NCBI RefSeq assembly: GCF_036365525.1 | Contig: NC_090383.1 | Coordinates: forward strand, 120,406,531-120,470,530 | Length of the DNA: 64,000 bases | Direction: 5' to 3' | Source: Heterodontus francisci | Taxonomy: Eukaryota | Shown here: positions 1 through 13,682 of the stretch, piece by piece | Position numbering within the stretch: position 1 is the first letter of the stretch | How the letters are laid out: each line of letters opens with the position of its first letter | Program-made: the position numbers and the translations under genes | Notes under the pieces: model-generated | The model's input: only the letters and a program-made list of their open reading frames with translations | Database searches by the model: none | Told to the model about the DNA's origin: nothing

Positions 1-1560
1 GTTCTTTATCCATCTAGCTAGTACACCCTGGACCCCATGCGACTTCACTTTCTCCGTCAACCTACCATGGGGAACCTTATCAAACGCCTTACTGAAGTCC
101 ATGTATATGACATCTACAGCCCTTCCCTCATCAATCAACTTTGTCACTTCCTCAAAGAATTCTATTAAGTTGGTAAGACATGACCTTCCCTGCACAAAAC
201 CATGTTGCCTATCACTGATAAGCCCATTTTCTTCCAAATGGGAATAGATCCTATCCTTCAGTATCTTCTCCAGCAGCTTCCCTACCACTGACGTCAGGCT
301 CACCGGTCTATAATTACCTAGATTATCCCTGCTACTCTTCTTAAACAAGGGGACAACATTAGCAATTCTCCAGTCCTCCGGGACCTCACCCGTGTTTAAG
401 GATGTTGCAAAGATATCTGTTAAGGCCCCAGCTATTTCCTCTCTCGCTTCCCTCAGTAACCTGGGATAGATCCCATCCGGACCTGGGGACTTGTCCACCT
501 TAATGCCTTTTAGAATACCCAACACTTCCTCCCTCCTTATGCCGACTTGACCTAGAGTAATCAAACATCTATCCCTAACCTTAACATCCGTCATGTCCCT
601 CTCCTCGGTGAATACCGATGCAAAGTACTCGTTTAGAATCTCACCCATTTTCTCTGACTCCACGCATAATTTTCCTCCTTTGTCCTTGAGTGGGCCAATC
701 CTTTCTCTTGTTACCCTCTTGCTCCTTATGTATGAATAAAAGGCTTTGGGATTTTCCTTAACCCTGTTTGCTAAAGATATTTCATGACCCCTTTTAGCCC
801 TCTTAATTCCTTGTTTCAGATTGGTCCTACATTTCTGATATTCTTCCAAAGCTTCGTCTTTCTTCAGCCGCCTAGACCTTATGTATGCTTCCTTTTTTCT
901 CTTTGCTAGTTTCACAATTTCACCTGTCATCCATGGTTCCCTAATCTTGCCATTTCTATCCCTCACTTTCACAGGAACATGTCTCTCCTGCACGCTAATC
1001 AACCTCTCTTTAAAAGCCTCCCACATATCAAATGTGGATTTATCTTCAAATAGCTGCTCCCAATCTTCATTTCCCAGCTCCTGCCGAATTTTGGTATAGT
1101 TGGCCTTCCCCCAATTTAGCACTCTTCCTTTAGGACCACTCTCGTCTTTGTCCATGAGTATTCTAAAACTTACGAAATTGTGATCACTATTCCCAAAGTA
1201 GTCCCCTACTGAAACTTCAACCACCTGGCCAGGCTCATTCCCCAACACCAGGTCCAGTATGGCCCCTTCCCGAGTTGGACTATTTACATACTGCTCTAAA
1301 AAACCCTCCTGGATGCTCCTTACAAATTCTGCTCCATCTAGACCTCTAACACTAAGTGAATCCCAGTCAATGTTGGGAAAATTAAAATCTCCTATCACCA
1401 CCACCCTGTTGCTCCTACATCTTTCCATAATCTGTTTACATATTTGTATCTCTATCTCACGCTCGCTGTTGGGAGGCCTGTAGTACAGCCCCAACATTGT
1501 TACCGCACCCTTCCTATTTCTGAGTTCTGCCCATATTGCCTCACTGCTCGAGTCCTCCAT
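1..1560 (-). mobile_element. CR1-clade LINE ORF2 fragment (endonuclease to start of RT), runs off the window start
   Basis: Minus strand reads as CR1 ORF2 (e.g. QHGFVQGRSCLTNLIEFFEEVTK...YMDFSKAFDKVPHG near 60-210; GDFNFPNIDW near 1360-1400). Confidence 0.85.
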
Positions 1561-1596
1561 ACAGGAACACATACACTAAGAAACAGCAGAACTCAC

Positions 1597-1670
1597 CCAT
1601 CTATGTTCTGTAGAAGGAGGGCTTCTGTGATCTGCAGGCAGGGTCTGATCACCAGTTGTCCCCGATGAGG
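1597..1670 (-). CDS. Candidate cytoplasmic-tail exon of the minus-strand VJ-Ig receptor (pseudo)gene
   Basis: Unique island between two LINEs; acceptor ttttatcatttatttcacag, donor tgg|gtgagt; open in phase 1 matching the TM exon: (P)SSGTTGDQTLPADHRSPPSTEHRW. Confidence 0.45.
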
Positions 1671-1709
1671 CTGTGAAATAAATGATAAAATGTCATCAAC
1701 CGTCAAGAA

Positions 1710-4700
1710 AGAACAGAAGAAATAGGAGTTGGAGGAGGCCATTTGGCCCTTCAAACCTGCTCTGCCATTCAATAAGATCACGGCTGATCTTCTACCTCAA
1801 CTTCACCTTCCTGCACTATCCCCATATCCCTTAATTTCCTTTGTACACAAACATCCATCGACCTCTGTCTTGAATATACTCAACGATGAAACATCCACAG
1901 CTCTGGGGCAGAAAATTCTAATGATTCACAGCCCTTTGAGTGAAGACATTTCTCCCGATTCAGTCCTAAATGGCTGACCCTTTGTTCTGAGACCATGAAG
2001 AAACATTTTCTCAGCATCTACCCCATCAAGCCCTTTAAGAATTTTATGTGTTTCAATAAGATCACGTCTCATTCTTCTAAACTCCTGGGAATATAGGCCT
2101 AGTCTACTCAATCTGTCCCCATGGAACAATCCCCTCATCCCAGGAACCACTCTAGTGAACCTCAATTACACTCCTTCAAGGGCAAGTGTATCCTTCTAGA
2201 GGTAAGGAGACCAAAACTGCACACAGTTCTCCAGGTGTGGTCTCACCAATGCCCTGTATAATTGTAGTCAGCCTTCTTCACTCTTATACTTCAATCCCTA
2301 CAAGTCCCTAACAAAAGCTAACGTACCATTTGCCTTCCGAATTGCTTGCTGTGCCTGCATGTTAACTTTCGGTGATTCATGTCCAAGGACACCCAGGTCC
2401 CTCTGAATGCAAACATTTCCCAGTTTCTCACCATTCAAAAATATTCTGCTTTTTTATTTTTCCTGCCAAAGTGGATACTTTTAGGTCAGACTTCACCACA
2501 TTGTATTTAATCTGCCATGTTCTTGCCCACTCACTCAACCTGTCTATATCCCTCTGCAGTCTCTTTGAATCCTCCTCACCTCTTACTTTCCCACCTAACT
2601 TTGTATTGTCAGAAAACTTGGATACATTATATTCAGTCTCCTCATCTGAGTTATGAATATAGATTGTAAATAGTTGAGTACTGATCCTTGTTAGTTACAG
2701 CTTTCCAACGCAAAAATGTCTCCGTTTTCTGTCCATTAACAATCCTCAATCCATATATTACCTCAATATATTACCCCCCAATCCCATGAGTCCTAATTTT
2801 GTGATAAACTCTTGTGTGGCACCTTATTGAATACTTTTGAAAATCCAAATGCGCTTCATCCACTGCTTCCCCCTTATCCATCTTACTAGTTACATCCTTA
2901 AGAAATTCTAACAGATTTGTCAAACACAATTTACCTTTCATAAATCTGTGTTGACTCTGTTTCATCTTAGTATGATTTACTAAATGCCTTGTTACCATGT
3001 CCCTAATAATTTTGCCGACGACTGATGTTAGGCGAAATAGACAACAGTTCCCGATTTTCTCTCTTCCTCCTTTCTTAAACAGTGAGGTTATATTTGCTAA
3101 CTTCCAATGCTGGGTAACTGTTCTCCAATCTAATGAATGCTGGAAGATCTAAACCAATGCATCCACTTTCTCTGCAACGACCTCTTTTAAAATTCTAAAA
3201 TACAGGTCATCAGGTCCAGGGGATTTGTCACCATTTAGTCCCATTGATTTCTTTAAGTTCCTCATCCTCACTAGACCCTTGGTTCCCCATTATTTCTGGA
3301 ATTTTTTTTTGTCCTCTACCATGAGACAAATGCAAAGGGCTGGATTTTTAAATGCCGATGGGAATGAGTGCATGGACGATTAGAAAATCACATTCCCAGA
3401 GGGCGGCACTGGGCCCCACTGCCTCCGGGACACAAAGGGAGTTTGAAAGGGGCACCAGAAGGGGAAGAATGGGAAAAACGCATGCCTAGAGTTAAAGGCT
3501 TGTTAAGCACGTTGAGGAGCTCATTGAAAGGCTATGAAAAGAGACTGGATAGGCTAGGATTGTTTTCCTTAGAGCAGAGAAGGCTGAGAAGGGACCTGGT
3601 TGAGGTGTACAAGATTATAAGGGACATTGATAGGATAGATAGGAAGAAACCTTTTCCCTTAGCGGAAGGATCAACAACCAAGGGGCATAAATTTAAGGTA
3701 AGGGGCAGAAGGGAATTTTCGATACTTTAAATGCAAGTATCACATATGCCTTCCTAATCACCTTCTCTATCTGTGCTGCTGCCTTCAGTGATCTATGGAC
3801 TAGTACACCATGGTTCCTCTGACCCTCTGTACTTCCTTAGTCCTCCCAAAATGCATCACCTCACACTTCTCAGGATTAAATTCCATCTGCCACTGCTTCG
3901 CCCATCTTACCAGCCCATCTATATCATTGTGAATTTCCTGCTCACTATTTATGACACCACCAATTTTCGTGTCATCTGCGGACTTACTGATCATACCAAT
4001 CATCACCCTCTGCCTCCTGCCACTAAGCCAATTTTGGATCCAATTTGCCAAATTGCCCAAGATCCCATGGGCTCTTACCTTCTTAACCAATCTCTCATGC
4101 GGGACCTTATCAAAAGCCTTACTGAAGTCCATGTAGACTACATCAACTGCTTTACCCTCATCTACACATTTAGTCACTGCCTCGAAAAATTCAATCAAGT
4201 TTCTAAGACACGATCTCCCCCTGACAAAACCATGCTGACTATCCCTGATTAATCTCTGCCTCACCAAATGGAGATTAATCCTGTAAATGGAGATTAATCC
4301 TGAATATTGCCCCTTTTATGAGGGTGGCTGCCATCTCAGTGATTCAACTGACCACTTGAACTGACATTGTTAGGGAGACCTATGGCCATTCTGTGAGTTC
4401 AGTCCGCCTGAAGACAGAGTCTCTTGCCACTCACCTTTCCAGACCTTATGAGCTCATTGAATCTCTTCTAGCATTGGATCCACGTCCTTCGGGTCACTCC
4501 CCTGCCTCTGACCTCACTCGCTACTTCCTTCCAGGCCTTTTTATTTCCTTCAGTGGGTTCCTTCTCCCAGATTTTGGGAATAAGATGTCTCTCCCCTCAC
4601 TGACAGCCTCCTTTACTGCCTTGAGGGAGGTACTTGAGAATTGTGGAACCTGCCAGTTCCATCACTTTTTGTGGAAGTCCCCTGCTTCTCTGTTTCTTCA

Positions 4701-5870
4701 GCTAGCACCAAGCCCAGCCTTAGCTACAGCTTATCTTTTCAAAGGGCCCTCGCGTACTGGGTCCCGCGTCCATGTTGCTCCTGATGCTGCTATTGGGCAC
4801 CACACTCGCCTCGTGACCAATTAGGCTACGGGACAGGGTTGAGTCTTGGAAGTGATCCAGGCTTTGTGTTCCTAACCCCAGAATGAATGCTCAGGCTAAA
4901 GTATTTAATTAATATCTCTGCCATTTCCGTATTCCTGATTATAATTTCACCTGTCTCTGCCTCTGATGGATCCACTTTACCTTCACTAATCTCGTCCTAA
5001 TTACATACCGATAGAAACATTTACAATCTGTTTTATGTCTCTTGCTGGTCGAGTCTCATGTTCCCTTTTCTACATCCTTATCAATTTCTTGGTCTCCCTT
5101 TGCTGAATTCTAAAATCTTTTTTTTTTAATTTCCAAAATATACTTTATTCATAAAAATCTGTAAAAATTACATTGCCAAACAGTTTCAAACAGCACCAAA
5201 AAATACAAACATTGCAAGGGAGATCAGTTTCCTTCAATACAATCATGAGTTTCTTCACAACCCTTCCATTTCACAATTGTCATGCCAATTACAGTTTTAC
5301 ATTTACAGCAAATGAAAATATTAACGATACAGTTCGAGGGGTTTCCCATGAATCCAGCCCCTCAGTTCAGCTTGGTGGGGGAACCTGACACAGTGGTCTT
5401 TCCCCATTGACCTTTGCTGCGGCTGTCCCAAGCTTTACTGCGTCCCTCAGCACGTAGTCCTGGACCTTGGAATGTGCCAGTCTGCAACATTCGGTGGTGG
5501 ACATGAATTCTAAAATCCTCCCAATCTTCAGGCTTACTACTCTTTTTAGCAACATTATAAACCTTTACCTTTGATCTAATACTGTTTGTAATATTCCTCA
5601 CAGTTGGACCACTTTTATGTGGGGTTTTAGTGATTTCAAGGAATGTACATTTCTTGCAAATGATATATTAATTCTTTAAATGCTACCCATTGCTTCTCTA
5701 CTATCATGTATTTTAATGTAATTTTCCACTCTACCATGGCCATCTCACCCCTTATACCTAAATAGTTTATTTTCTTTATATTTAAGACACTAGCTTTGAA
5801 CTTAACAAAATCATTTTCAAACTCGATATAAAATTCTAACATATTACAGTCACTCTTCTCTGGAGGCTCC
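1710..5870 (-). mobile_element. Old degraded CR1 LINE with nested insertions
   Basis: Fragmented RT/C-terminal ORFs (1926-2165, 2771-2998, 5636-5872) with frameshifts; additional CR1 pieces at ~3530-3710 (+) and 3800-4267 (-) nested inside. Confidence 0.8.
5118..5503 (-). mobile_element. L1-Tx1 clade LINE 3' fragment with poly(A) and 14-bp TSD
   Basis: TSD tgaattctaaaatc at 5104-5117 and 5504-5517; poly(T) at 5118; minus-strand ECCRLAHSKVQDYVLRDAVKLG resembles the Tx1-type ORF2 C-terminus. Confidence 0.8.
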
Positions 5871-5949
5871 ATGTGTTATGTTATGAAAATAATTCCCTGA
5901 AAGTTAATTCATTTCTGAAAGCAAAAGTTAGAAAACAATGAGGGATATT

Positions 5950-8900
5950 TATCATAGAATCATAGAATGGTTACAGCACAGAAGGAGGCTTTTCAGACAT
6001 CAAGCCAGTGCCAGCTCTCTGGGAGAACAATTTCATTAGCCCCGCTCACCCACCCTTTCCCGTTGCCCTACGACTTTTTTCTCTTCAGGTGCTAATCCAA
6101 TTCCCTTTTGAAAGCCATGAATGAACGTGCCTCCACCATACTCTCAGACAGTGCATTCCAGATCCTAAACACTCACTGAACCTGCCTCCACCACACTCTC
6201 AGACAGTGCATTCCAGATCCTAAACACTCACTGAACCTGCCTCCACCACACTCTCAGACAGTGCATTCCAGATCCTAAACACTCACTGAACCTGCCTCCA
6301 CCACACTCTCAGACAGTGCATTCCAGATCCTAAACACTCACTGAACCTGCCTCCACCACACACTCAGACAGTGCATTCCAGATCCTAAACACTCACTGAA
6401 CCTGCCTCCACCACACTCTCAGACAGTGCATTCCAGATCCTAAACACTCACTGAACCTGCCTCCACCACACTCTCAGACAGTGCATTCCAGATCCTAAAC
6501 ACTCACTGAACCTGCCTCCACCACACTCTCAGGCAGTGCATTCCAGATCCTAAACACACACTGAACCTGCCTCCACCACACAGTCAGACAGTGCATTCCA
6601 GATCCTAAACACTCACTGAATCTTCCTCCACCACATTCTCAGGCAGTGCATTCCAGATCCTAAACACTCACTGAACCTGCCTCCACCACATTCTCAGACA
6701 GTGCATTCCAGATCCTAAACACACACTGAACCTGCCTCCACCACATTCTCAGACAGTGCATTCCAGATCCTAAACACTCACTGAACCTGCCTCCACCACA
6801 CTCTCAGACAGTGCATTCCAGATCCTAAACACTCACTGAACCTGCCTCCACCACACTCTCAGACAGTGCATTCCAGATCCTAAACACTCACTGAACCTGC
6901 CTCCACCACACTCTCAGACAGTGCATTCCAGATCCTAAACACTCACTGAACCTGCCTCCACCACACTCTCAGACAGTGCATTCCAGATCCTAAACACTCA
7001 CTGAACCTGCCTCCACCACACTCTCAGGCAGTGCATTCCAGATCCTAAACACTCACTGAACCTGCCTCCACCACACTCTCAGACAGTGCATTCCTGATCC
7101 TAAACACACACTGAACCTGCCTCCACCACACAGTCAGACAGTGCATTCCAGATCCTAAACACTCACTGAATCTTCCTCCACCACATTCTCAGGCAGTGCA
7201 TTCCAGATCCTAAACACTCACTGAACCTGCCTCCACCACATTCTCAGACAGTGCATTCCAGATCCTAAACACACACTGAACCTGCCTCCACCACATTCTC
7301 AGACAGTGCATTCCAGATCCTAAACACTCACTGAACCTGCCTCCACCACACTCTCAGGCAGTGCATTCCAGATCCTAAACACTCACTGAACCTGCCTCCA
7401 CCACACTCTCAGACAGTGCATTCCAGATCCTAAAAACGCACTGAACCTGCCTCCACCACACTCTCAGACAGTGCATTCCTGATCCTAAACACTCACTGAA
7501 CCTGCCTCCGCCACACTCTCAGACAGTGCATTCCGGATCCTGAACACTCACTGAATCTGCCTCCACCACACTCTCAGGCAGTGCATTCCGGATCCTGAAC
7601 ACACACTGAACCTGCCTCCATCACACTCTCAGACAGTGCATTCCAGATCCTAAAAACGCACTGAACCTGCCTCCACCACACTCTCAGACAGTGCATTCCT
7701 GATCCTAAACACTCACTGAACCTGCCTCCACCACACTCTCAGACAGTGCATTCCTGATCCTAAACACACACTGAACCTGCCTCCACCACATTCTCAGACA
7801 GTGCATTCCAGATCCTAAACACACACTGAACCTGCCTCCACCACATTCTCAGACAGTGCATTCCAGATCCTAAACACTCACTGAACCTGCCTCCACCACA
7901 CTCTCAGGCAGTGCATTCCAGATCCTAAACACTCACTGAACCTGCCTCCACCACACTCTCAGACAGTGCATTCCTGATCCTAAACACACACTGAACCTGC
8001 CTCCACCACACAGTCAGACAGTGCATTCCAGATCCTAAACACTCACTGAATCTTCCTCCACCACATTCTCAGGCAGTGCATTCCAGATCCTAAACACTCA
8101 CTGAACCTGCCTCCACCACATTCTCAGACAGTGCATTCCAGATCCTAAACACACACTGAACCTGCCTCCACCACATTCTCAGACAGTGCATTCCAGATCC
8201 TAAACACTCACTGAACCTGCCTCCACCACACTCTCAGGCAGTGCATTCCAGATCCTAAACACTCACTGAACCTGCCTCCACCACACTCTCAGACAGTGCA
8301 TTCCAGATCCTAAAAACGCACTGAACCTGCCTCCACCACACTCTCAGACAGTGCATTCCTGATCCTAAACACTCACTGAACCTGCCTCCGCCACACTCTC
8401 AGACAGTGCATTCCGGATCCTGAACACTCACTGAATCTGCCTCCACCACACTCTCAGGCAGTGCATTCCGGATCCTGAACACACACTGAACCTGCCTCCA
8501 TCACACTCTCAGACAGTGCATTCCAGATCCTAAAAACGCACTGAACCTGCCTCCACCACACTCTCAGACAGTGCATTCCTGATCCTAAACACTCACTGAA
8601 CCTGCCTCCACCACACTCTCAGACAGTGCATTCCTGATCCTAAACACACACTGAACCTGCCTCCACCACACAGTCAGACAGTGCATTCCAGATCCTAAAC
8701 ACTCACTGAATCTTCCTCCACCACATTCTCAGGCAGTGCATTCCAGATCCTAAACACTCACTGAACCTGCCTCCACCACATTCTCAGACAGTGCATTCCA
8801 GATCCTAAACACACACTGAACCTGCCTCCACCACATTCTCAGACAGTGCATTCCAGATCCTAAACACTCACTGAACCTGCCTCCACCACACTCTCAGGCA

Positions 8901-10110
8901 GTGCATTCCAGATCCTAAACACTCACTGAACCTGCCTCCACCACACTCTCAGACAGTGCATTCCAGATCCTAAAAACGCACTGAACCTGCCTCCACCACA
9001 CTCTCAGACAGTGCATTCCTGATCCTAAACACTCACTGAACCTGCCTCCGCCACACTCTCAGACAGTGCATTCCGGATCCTGAACACTCACTGAATCTGC
9101 CTCCACCACACTCTCAGGCTGTGCATTCCGGATCCTGAACACACACTGAACCTGCCTCCATCACACTCTCAGACAGTGCATTCCAGATCCTAAAAACGCA
9201 CTGAACCTGCCTCCACCACACTCTCAGACAGTGCATTCCTGATCCTAAACACTCACTGAACCTGCCTCCACCACACTCTCAGACAGTGCATTCCAGATCC
9301 TAAACACACACTGAACCTGCCTCCATCACACTCTCAGACAGTGCATTCCAGATCCTAAACACTCACTGAACCTGCCTCCACCACACTCTCAGACAGTGCA
9401 TTCCGGATCCTGAACACTCACTGAATCTGCCTCCACCACACTCTCAGACAGTGCATTCCAGATCCTAACCACTCACTGAACCTGCCTCCACCACACTCTC
9501 AGGCAGTGCATTCCGGATCCTGAACACTCACTGAATCTGCCTCCACCACACTCTCAGACAGTGCATTCCAGATCCTAACCACTCACTGAACCTGCCTCCA
9601 CCACACTCTCAGACAGTGCATTCCAGATCCTAACCACTCGCTGCATGATAAGGTTTTCCTCATGTCGCCTTTGGTTCCTTTGCCATTCACCTTAAGTCGG
9701 TGTCCTCTGGTTCTGAACGCTTCCGCCAATGGAACAGTTACTCCTGATCTACTCTGTTCAGAACACTCGTTATTTTGAATACATCTATCAAATCTCCTCT
9801 TAATCTTCTCTCTTCAAAGCAGAATAACACCAGCTTCTCCAATCTTCTCACGTGACTGAAGTTCCTCACCCCGGAACTATTCTCTTAATCTTTTCTTCCC
9901 CCTCTCCAATGCCGTCCCACCCTTCTACAGTGTGGTGTCAAGAATTGGACACAATAATCCAGTTGCTACAAACCAATGTTTTATAAATGTTCATCATAAC
10001 TCCCATACTTTTGTACTCTATGCCTCTATTTATGAAGCCCAGAATCCTGTATGCTTTATTAACCACTTTCTCAACCTGCCCTGCAACTTCCAATGATATC
10101 CTGCAACCCC
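5950..10110 (-). mobile_element. CR1 LINE 3' portion hosting the 55-bp minisatellite
   Basis: (atcataga)n CR1 tail at ~5950; CR1 sequence resumes collinearly after the array at ~9640. Confidence 0.8.
6123..9640. repeat. 55-bp minisatellite (~64 units) with higher-order duplications
   Basis: Unit aacctgcctccaccacactctcagacagtgcattccagatcctaaacactcactg; variant tcttcctcca recurs at 6621, 7171, 8051, 8711 (spacings 550/880/660 bp). Confidence 0.95.
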
Positions 10111-10821
10111 ATTAGTATATTTTGATTGTTATACAAGTAAATCTGAGCCTGATCTTAGTGACATTTTAATCCCAATATCTGTACAATACTGGAAATGCAG
10201 TCGATGCATCACCAAAAGACATCATTTAATTAATCCCACAATTATTTCTACACAGGATGTTTTACAGCAATCGCCAAAACATCTTCAACAGCACCTTCCA
10301 AACGCACAACCTCTACCACCTAGATAGACAAAGAAAACAGAGGAATGGGAACACCCTCACTTGCAAGTTCCCCTCTAAGTCACACACCATCCTGACTTGG
10401 AACTATATCGCTGTTCCTTCACTCTCGCTGGGTCAAAATCCTGGAACCCCCTCCCTAACAGCACTGTGGGTGTACCTACATCACATGGACTGCAGCTATT
10501 CAAGAAGGTGGCTCACCACCACCTTCTCAAGGAAAATTAGTGATGAGCAATAAATGCTGGTTTTGCCAGTGACATTCACATCTGGGAAATGGACAAATCT
10601 TCACTGACTGAAAGGGTGTTGGAAGCAAATTCAATAATAACTTTGAAAAGGGAATTGAATAAATACTTGCAGCAAAAAAAAAATGCCAAGGCTATGGGGA
10701 AAGAGCAGGTCTGTGGACTATTTGGATAGCTCTGCTGTATGGTCTACGGTGCTCTATCATTCGAAGATTCTACACAATGTCATAGCAATCAACTCAAGCT
10801 CAATTATTTAGTCACACATAC

Positions 10822-10953
10822 GGGATTGAATCTTGCCAAAAAGTGTGTATCTGGTGAATAAAATTCCTCCAATAACAGTAACTCCCAGCACAGTCCCCAG
10901 AATGATCCAGACAAAGGTCATCCTCTGAAAGTGATCCGTTTGTGTTTCAGAAA
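10822..10953 (-). CDS. Transmembrane exon of the minus-strand VJ-Ig receptor (pseudo)gene
   Basis: Acceptor gatttcctttcacag, donor c|gtatgt; 132 nt, symmetric phase 1-1, open: SETQTDHFQRMTFVWIILGTVLGVTVIGGILFTRYTLFGKIQS; 22-aa hydrophobic span followed by R/K. Confidence 0.7.
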
Positions 10954-11455
10954 CTGTGAAAGGAAATCACACATTTTAGACCAAAGACAAGCGAAAGACA
11001 TCAGATTTCCTTCCATCGGTAAAGTCAGAAATGGTACCAATGGGAAAATAAAATCAGGATGCAATTCAAATTGAGCTGGGCACCCGACATGCTGGAAACT
11101 CGGGGCGGGGGGCAATGGCTGGAAATTGCTTTTGAGATGCTCCTGCAATGCTGCTGTAACTTTACCGAAAGTATATTTCCAAGGAAATTCTAACCACTGT
11201 TAGCTTAACCAATTTGGGAAGATGCAGATAGAAGCAATAAGTTACAAAGAGATGAAGGCAGACTAAATTAATGAGTAAAATTGTTCAACGTGAGGAATTG
11301 GGAGGTCTAGCGCTTTGAAAACAAGGATGACAAGTCAGAATATTCTCTCAATGGTGAGAAACTAGGAACTGTGGAGGAGTAAAGAGATTTGGGTGTCCAT
11401 GAACAAATATCACTAAAAAAGCATTGGACAGGTAGAAAAAGTAATTAGAAAGGCT

Positions 11456-11611
11456 GAAATAAAAACAAGAAATGCTGGAATCACTCAGCAGGTCCGGCAG
11501 CATCTGTGGAAAGAGAAGCAGAGTTAACATTTCGGGTCAGTGACCCTTCTTCGGATTCCAGCATTTCTTGTTTTTATTTCAGATTTCCAGCATCCGCAGT
11601 ATTTTGCTTTT
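11456..11611 (-). mobile_element. Short Penelope-like terminal-repeat fragment with inverted ends and degenerate hammerhead motif
   Basis: ~28-bp inverted repeat tgaaataaaaacaagaaatgctggaatc / gattccagcatttcttgtttttatttca; flanked by near-duplicate aat(t/c)agaaaggct; core variant CCGAAGA...GAAA on the minus strand. Confidence 0.6.
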
Positions 11612-11626
11612 AATCAGAAAGGCTAT

Positions 11627-11970
11627 TATTTATTTAATTTAGAGATACAGCACTGAAACAGGCCCTTCAGCCCACCAAGTCTGTGCTGACCAACAACCAC
11701 TCATTTATGCTAATCCTACATTAATCCCATATTTCCTTCCGCATCCCCACCATTCTCTTACCACCTACCTACACTAAGGGCAATTTGTAACGGCCAATTT
11801 ACCCATCAACCTGTAAGTCATTGGCTGTGGGAGGAAACTGGAGCACCCGGTGGAAACCCACACAGTCACAGGCAGAACTTGCAAACTCCACACAGGCAGT
11901 ACCCAGAACTGAACCTGGGTTGCTGGAGCTGTGAGGCTGCGGTGCTAACCACTGCGCCACTGTGCCGCCC
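11627..11970 (-). mobile_element. HE1-like tRNA-derived V-SINE
   Basis: Reverse complement begins gggcggcacagtggcgcagtggttagcacc (A box), has B-box-like gggttcagttc, the V-domain gggtgctccagtttcctcccaca and a CR1-like tail. Confidence 0.85.
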
Positions 11971-13587
11971 ATTGACATATTGGTCTTTATCCCAACATGA
12001 CTACAATATAAAAGGGAAGAATTGATGCTTCAGTTGTACAGAGTCTTGGTCAGATGTCAACTGGAGTAATGGCATTTAATTCTGGGCACTGAACCTCAGC
12101 AATATGTTGGCCTTTAAGTGGGTTCCGGTACAGATTCACCAGAATGATAACTGGGCTAAAAGGGTTAAATTAAGAGGACAGGCTTCATAAACTTGGCTTG
12201 TATTCCTTTGAGTTTACTAGATTGAGGGGTGACCTAACTGAGGTGGTTGAAGGTCGTTACAGAAAATCTATGTTATCTGGTTGGGAAAATCCAGAGCAAA
12301 AGAGCACGATCTTAGGCTTGACCATTCAGGAGTGAAATCAGGAAGCACCTTTTCACAGAGAGGATAGTGGAAATCTAAAAACCCCTCTCCCAAAAAGCTG
12401 AGGATGTCGAGCAGCTAGTGTGTTGTAACTGCAGCATTTAGAAGTTTATGGAGAGCATTGTGACACTAAATGACCATAACTGCTGTAAGTGTTTGCATCT
12501 CAAGGAACTTCAGCTCAGAGTTGCTGAGCTAGAGTCCGAGCTGCAGACACTACGGGGCATCAGGGAGGGGGAGAGTTACCTGGATACTTTGATCCAGGAA
12601 GCAGTCTCACTCCTTAGGTTAGGAAGTGTTATTGGTTATAAACAGGAGGGTGTGATAGTGAGTCGGGCAGGTAAGCGGACCCAAGGGGCAGTGCTGGAGG
12701 AGCATTGACCTTTGTCCTTATCCAAAGGTACAAGGTTCTTGGTGTTTGTGTGGATCAAGGCAAAGTTTGAAGGATTCATGAACAAACTGACAGAAAACAG
12801 AGAGTAGGAATAAACGGGTCATTATCGGATTGGCAGGCTGTAACTGGCAGAGAACTGCATGAATCACTGCCTGGGCCTTGAGCTTTTTTCAATGTATATC
12901 AAGGACTTAGATGAGGGGACCAAATGTAATTTATCCAAGTTTGCTGATAGTACACGGGGTTGAGAATCTTTGAAATTCTCTACCTAAAGGACTGTGGGTG
13001 CACAGTTGTTGTGTATATTCATGTCAAAGATTGACAGGTTTGTGGATACTAAGGAAATTAAGGGATATGAAAAGGTGTAACTGAGTTCGAAGATCAGCCA
13101 TGACTAGCTCAGGCTCAAAGGGTTGAAAGACTGATTCCTGCTCCTTTTTCATAATGTTCTTATGTTGGGTTCATTGAAATTTTCAAGGTTGAGATTGACA
13201 GATTTTCATTCAGTAAAGTTTCAAGGGTATTATATAATAATAAGGCAGGTAACTGGAGTTCAGATACAGATCAGCTATAATCTAATAAAATGGGATAACA
13301 GGCTCAAAGGGCTGAATAGCCTACTCCTGTTACTATATTCCCTCCATATTATCTCACCATTCACAGCCGTGCTGTCAGCCACCTAGGCCCCATGTTCTTA
13401 ACTTTCCTGTCTCAATCCCTATGCCTCGCCATCTCCCCCTCCTCCTTTAAGACCTTCCTTCAAACCTACTCTTTCACTCAGCAACTTCCCCACATGCTCC
13501 TGGATGAAAATTTCAGGGTTAGCCCCGACTGGGTCACATTAGTCTTCATGTTTTCTCACCACTGCTCAGCTCTGAATTCTCACTCAC

Positions 13588-13682
13588 TGGGGAGATCAGT
13601 TGCAGACGGGATGGAGATGAAGTTATTGGGTAATTGGCAGCTGCAGATTTGTGACCAGCTGATTCTTTTCCTCCATCTGAGG
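13588..13682 (-). pseudogene. Candidate Ser/Thr/Pro/Ala-rich stalk exon (95 nt, 1 nt short of symmetric)
   Basis: Acceptor actttcacacttacag, donor cca|gtgagt; reads SDGGKESAGHKSAAANYPITS..., end frame IPSATDLP; lies between the V and TM exons. Confidence 0.35.

Noticed and set aside
6123-9640. CRISPR array or coding repeat
   Set aside because: Head-to-tail 55-mer derived from CR1; no spacers.
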